Assembly (NCBI GenBank): GCA_963817915.1
Contig: CAWFQL010000012.1
Span: 1-64,000 of the forward strand
Origin: an uncultured candidate division Zixibacteria bacterium
Lineage (GTDB): Bacteria; Zixibacteria; MSB-5A5; UBA10806
Length of the DNA: 64,000 nucleotides
Direction: 5' to 3'
Shown: positions 62,159 to 64,000 of the stretch, in pieces
How positions within the stretch are numbered: position 1 is the first letter of the stretch
Layout of the letters: every line of letters starts with the position of its first letter
The notes under the pieces: generated by a model
What the model saw: only the letters and a program-made list of their open reading frames with translations
The model's database searches: none
Told to the model about the DNA's origin: nothing
Program-made: the position numbers and the translations under genes

Positions 62159-63196
62159 ATGAAAATTATCGATCTAAGATCCGATACGGTTACAAGACCA
62201 TCCGCAGAAATGCGAAAAGCCATGGCCGACGCCATTGTGGGCGATGATGTTTTCGAAGATGATCCTACTGTAAAGAAGCTTGAGGAAAAAGTCGCCTCGA
62301 CTTTAGGGCATGAGGCCGCTTTGTATGTGCCATCGGGTACTATGTCCAATCAGATTTCGCTGCGATTGCTTACTCATCCCACCGATGAAATTCTGTGCGA
62401 GTCGGGTGCTCATATTTTCAATTTCGAAGTGGGGGCGGCAGCGGCCCTATCCGGCATCCAGTTGAGACCTATCGACGCGCCCAATGGAATTCTCACGCCC
62501 GAATTATTCGAGCCATTGATCCGCGGAGAAAATATCCACAATCCCAATACAACAGTCCTGGCTCTTGAAAATACCCATAATCGTGCCGGAGGGACTGTCT
62601 ATCCCATGGAGACAATTAAGGCCAATCGCAAATTGGCTGATAAACATGGGTTGAAATTATATCTCGATGGCGCCAGAATCTGGCACGCGGCTATTTATCA
62701 TAAAATTCCACCGTCGGAAATCGCAAAGAATTTTGATTGCTTATCTGTATGTTTTTCAAAGGGGCTGGGGGCGCCTGTTGGCTCGGCGGTGGTTTCTACC
62801 AAAGAAAATATCAAAAAGGCGCGCCGAATTCGCAAAATGTATGGCGGGGGAATGCGGCAGGTTGGGATCATAGCCGCCGGGGCGCTTTACGCGCTCGAAC
62901 ATAATTACGATCGATTGATTGATGACCATCGCCGCGCGGCTAAATTAGTGGATAATCTTTTAGCATGTAAATTGTTCGAATTTAAAAAAGAGAATATTCA
63001 AACGAATATCGTGGTGTTTTCATTAAAACAGCCGCTAAAGGCCGATATTTTGTGTCATAAGCTGGCCGAGAAAAATGTTCTAGCGATTCAGTTCGGTGCC
63101 GGTCGCATCAGGATGGTGCCGCATCTCGATATCAATGATGAAGATATCGAGCGGGCCTCTCAAATAATTTTGGATACAGTAAAATCATTATCATAA
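62159..63196 (+). CDS. ltaE: Low-specificity L-threonine aldolase
   Basis: IDLRSDTVTRP, VGDDV..EDPTV, PSGTM.NQ, LENTHN..GG, DGARI, CFSKGLGAPVGS, GGGMRQ.G. Confidence 0.94.
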   Translation: MKIIDLRSDTVTRPSAEMRKAMADAIVGDDVFEDDPTVKKLEEKVASTLGHEAALYVPSGTMSNQISLRLLTHPTDEILCESGAHIFNFEVGAAAALSGIQLRPIDAPNGILTPELFEPLIRGENIHNPNTTVLALENTHNRAGGTVYPMETIKANRKLADKHGLKLYLDGARIWHAAIYHKIPPSEIAKNFDCLSVCFSKGLGAPVGSAVVSTKENIKKARRIRKMYGGGMRQVGIIAAGALYALEHNYDRLIDDHRRAAKLVDNLLACKLFEFKKENIQTNIVVFSLKQPLKADILCHKLAEKNVLAIQFGAGRIRMVPHLDINDEDIERASQIILDTVKSLS

Positions 63197-63251
63197 ATGC
63201 ATTTCTCAATCGCCTCTTTCTTTCGCCGATATTAGTATTGGGGAAAGTATA

Positions 63252-64000
63252 ATGGCGAAATTCTTTAAGATACGATTCAGATCGGGGCTGACTATTGCCC
63301 TATTTATTGTATGGTCAATTTCCATGTTTCTTGTCTATGATAAAAATTATGCCACGAGCAAAGTTGCCGATTTAACCGATATTCCGCTCGATCAAAGCCT
63401 TACGGGCGGTTATCAAAATTGGATGAATATATACATGGGCAAGGACAAAATCGGCTATTCCATGCAATCATTGAATACTTCTCCGCTCGGATATATTATG
63501 AAAGAATATTCTCTTATTCAGCTTCCATTAGGGGGCACGATCAAGGAAGTCCATCTTGATTCATATTCTGTCCTGAATCTTGATTACTCCCTGAAAAGCT
63601 TCACATTCGGACTGATTTCGGGGGATTATACAACTGACGTGTTCGGTGAAATTAAGAATAACGAGCTACTGATCAAGATGAAATCTCAGGAAAGCGAAAA
63701 CAAAGCCGTATTCGACGCTCCCAACGGAATTTATCTTCCTGGGGCTATTCCGTTGCTTGCCCGCGCGAAAAAATTTCCGCAGGGCAGTTTTATGCTGCCG
63801 ACATTCGATCCGCTATCGAGTCGCGATTAATGACCTGAGTGTGGCATTGGGGCCGAAGGAATCCATTAAAACCGGCGATACCGAATCAAAGGGATATCGA
63901 TTGTCGCTAACATTCGCCGGAGTCGCCACTACGATGTGGATCGATGATACGGGACGGGTGCTTTTGGAAGAAGAGACGGGCGGCATGAGAATGGTCAAAA
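63252..64000 (+). CDS. Membrane-anchored hypothetical protein, N-terminal part (possibly transglutaminase-family); +1 frameshift at ~63819; runs off the window
   Basis: N-terminal TM; W..IY....KIGY motif; the reading continues in the shifted frame (..MWIDDTGRVLLEE..). Confidence 0.5.

Noticed and set aside
1..64000. CRISPR array, IS elements and the many short antisense/overlapping ORFs in the track
   Set aside because: No regularly spaced repeats, transposase or terminal inverted repeats were seen; the short ORFs are shadows of well-supported genes and have no motifs.

Overview
Bacterial chromosomal window of moderate GC. It most likely comes from a non-Bacteroidetes FCB-superphylum organism such as candidate Zixibacteria; this is inferred from seven secreted proteins ending in an 'NYPNPFN...G.YF......KMVLLK' T9SS-type-A/FlgD-like sorting domain plus two PorV-like barrels. 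From left to right it holds: the end of tsaD; an AT-rich two-gene cassette (truncated HK97-capsid-like protein plus Mrr/PD-(D/E)xK nuclease-like protein) bracketed by a repeated hairpin; a tandem array of CTD-bearing secreted proteins; heme O synthase; a surface-polysaccharide locus (Wza/SLBB, aminotransferase, heparinase-like, bi-domain oxidoreductase, phosphoglycosyltransferase, REC-membrane fusion, Wzi, PorV-like); an S8 protease; a ferritin-like protein; a hidden CxxU AhpD/CMD selenoprotein with a SECIS-like hairpin; an AT-rich lytic-transglycosylase plus paralogous secreted partner locus; hppA; hemerythrin; a SLOG/DprA-like plus AbiGi-like fusion; a ugd/glycolipid cluster; and housekeeping genes (M23, rhomboid, dnaE, thioredoxin, PPIase, csp, ltaE). 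Many genes carry single-base +1 insertions that look like consensus artefacts rather than true pseudogenes. I found no rRNA, tRNA, CRISPR array, integrase or transposase. All family calls come from motif recognition by eye, not database searches.
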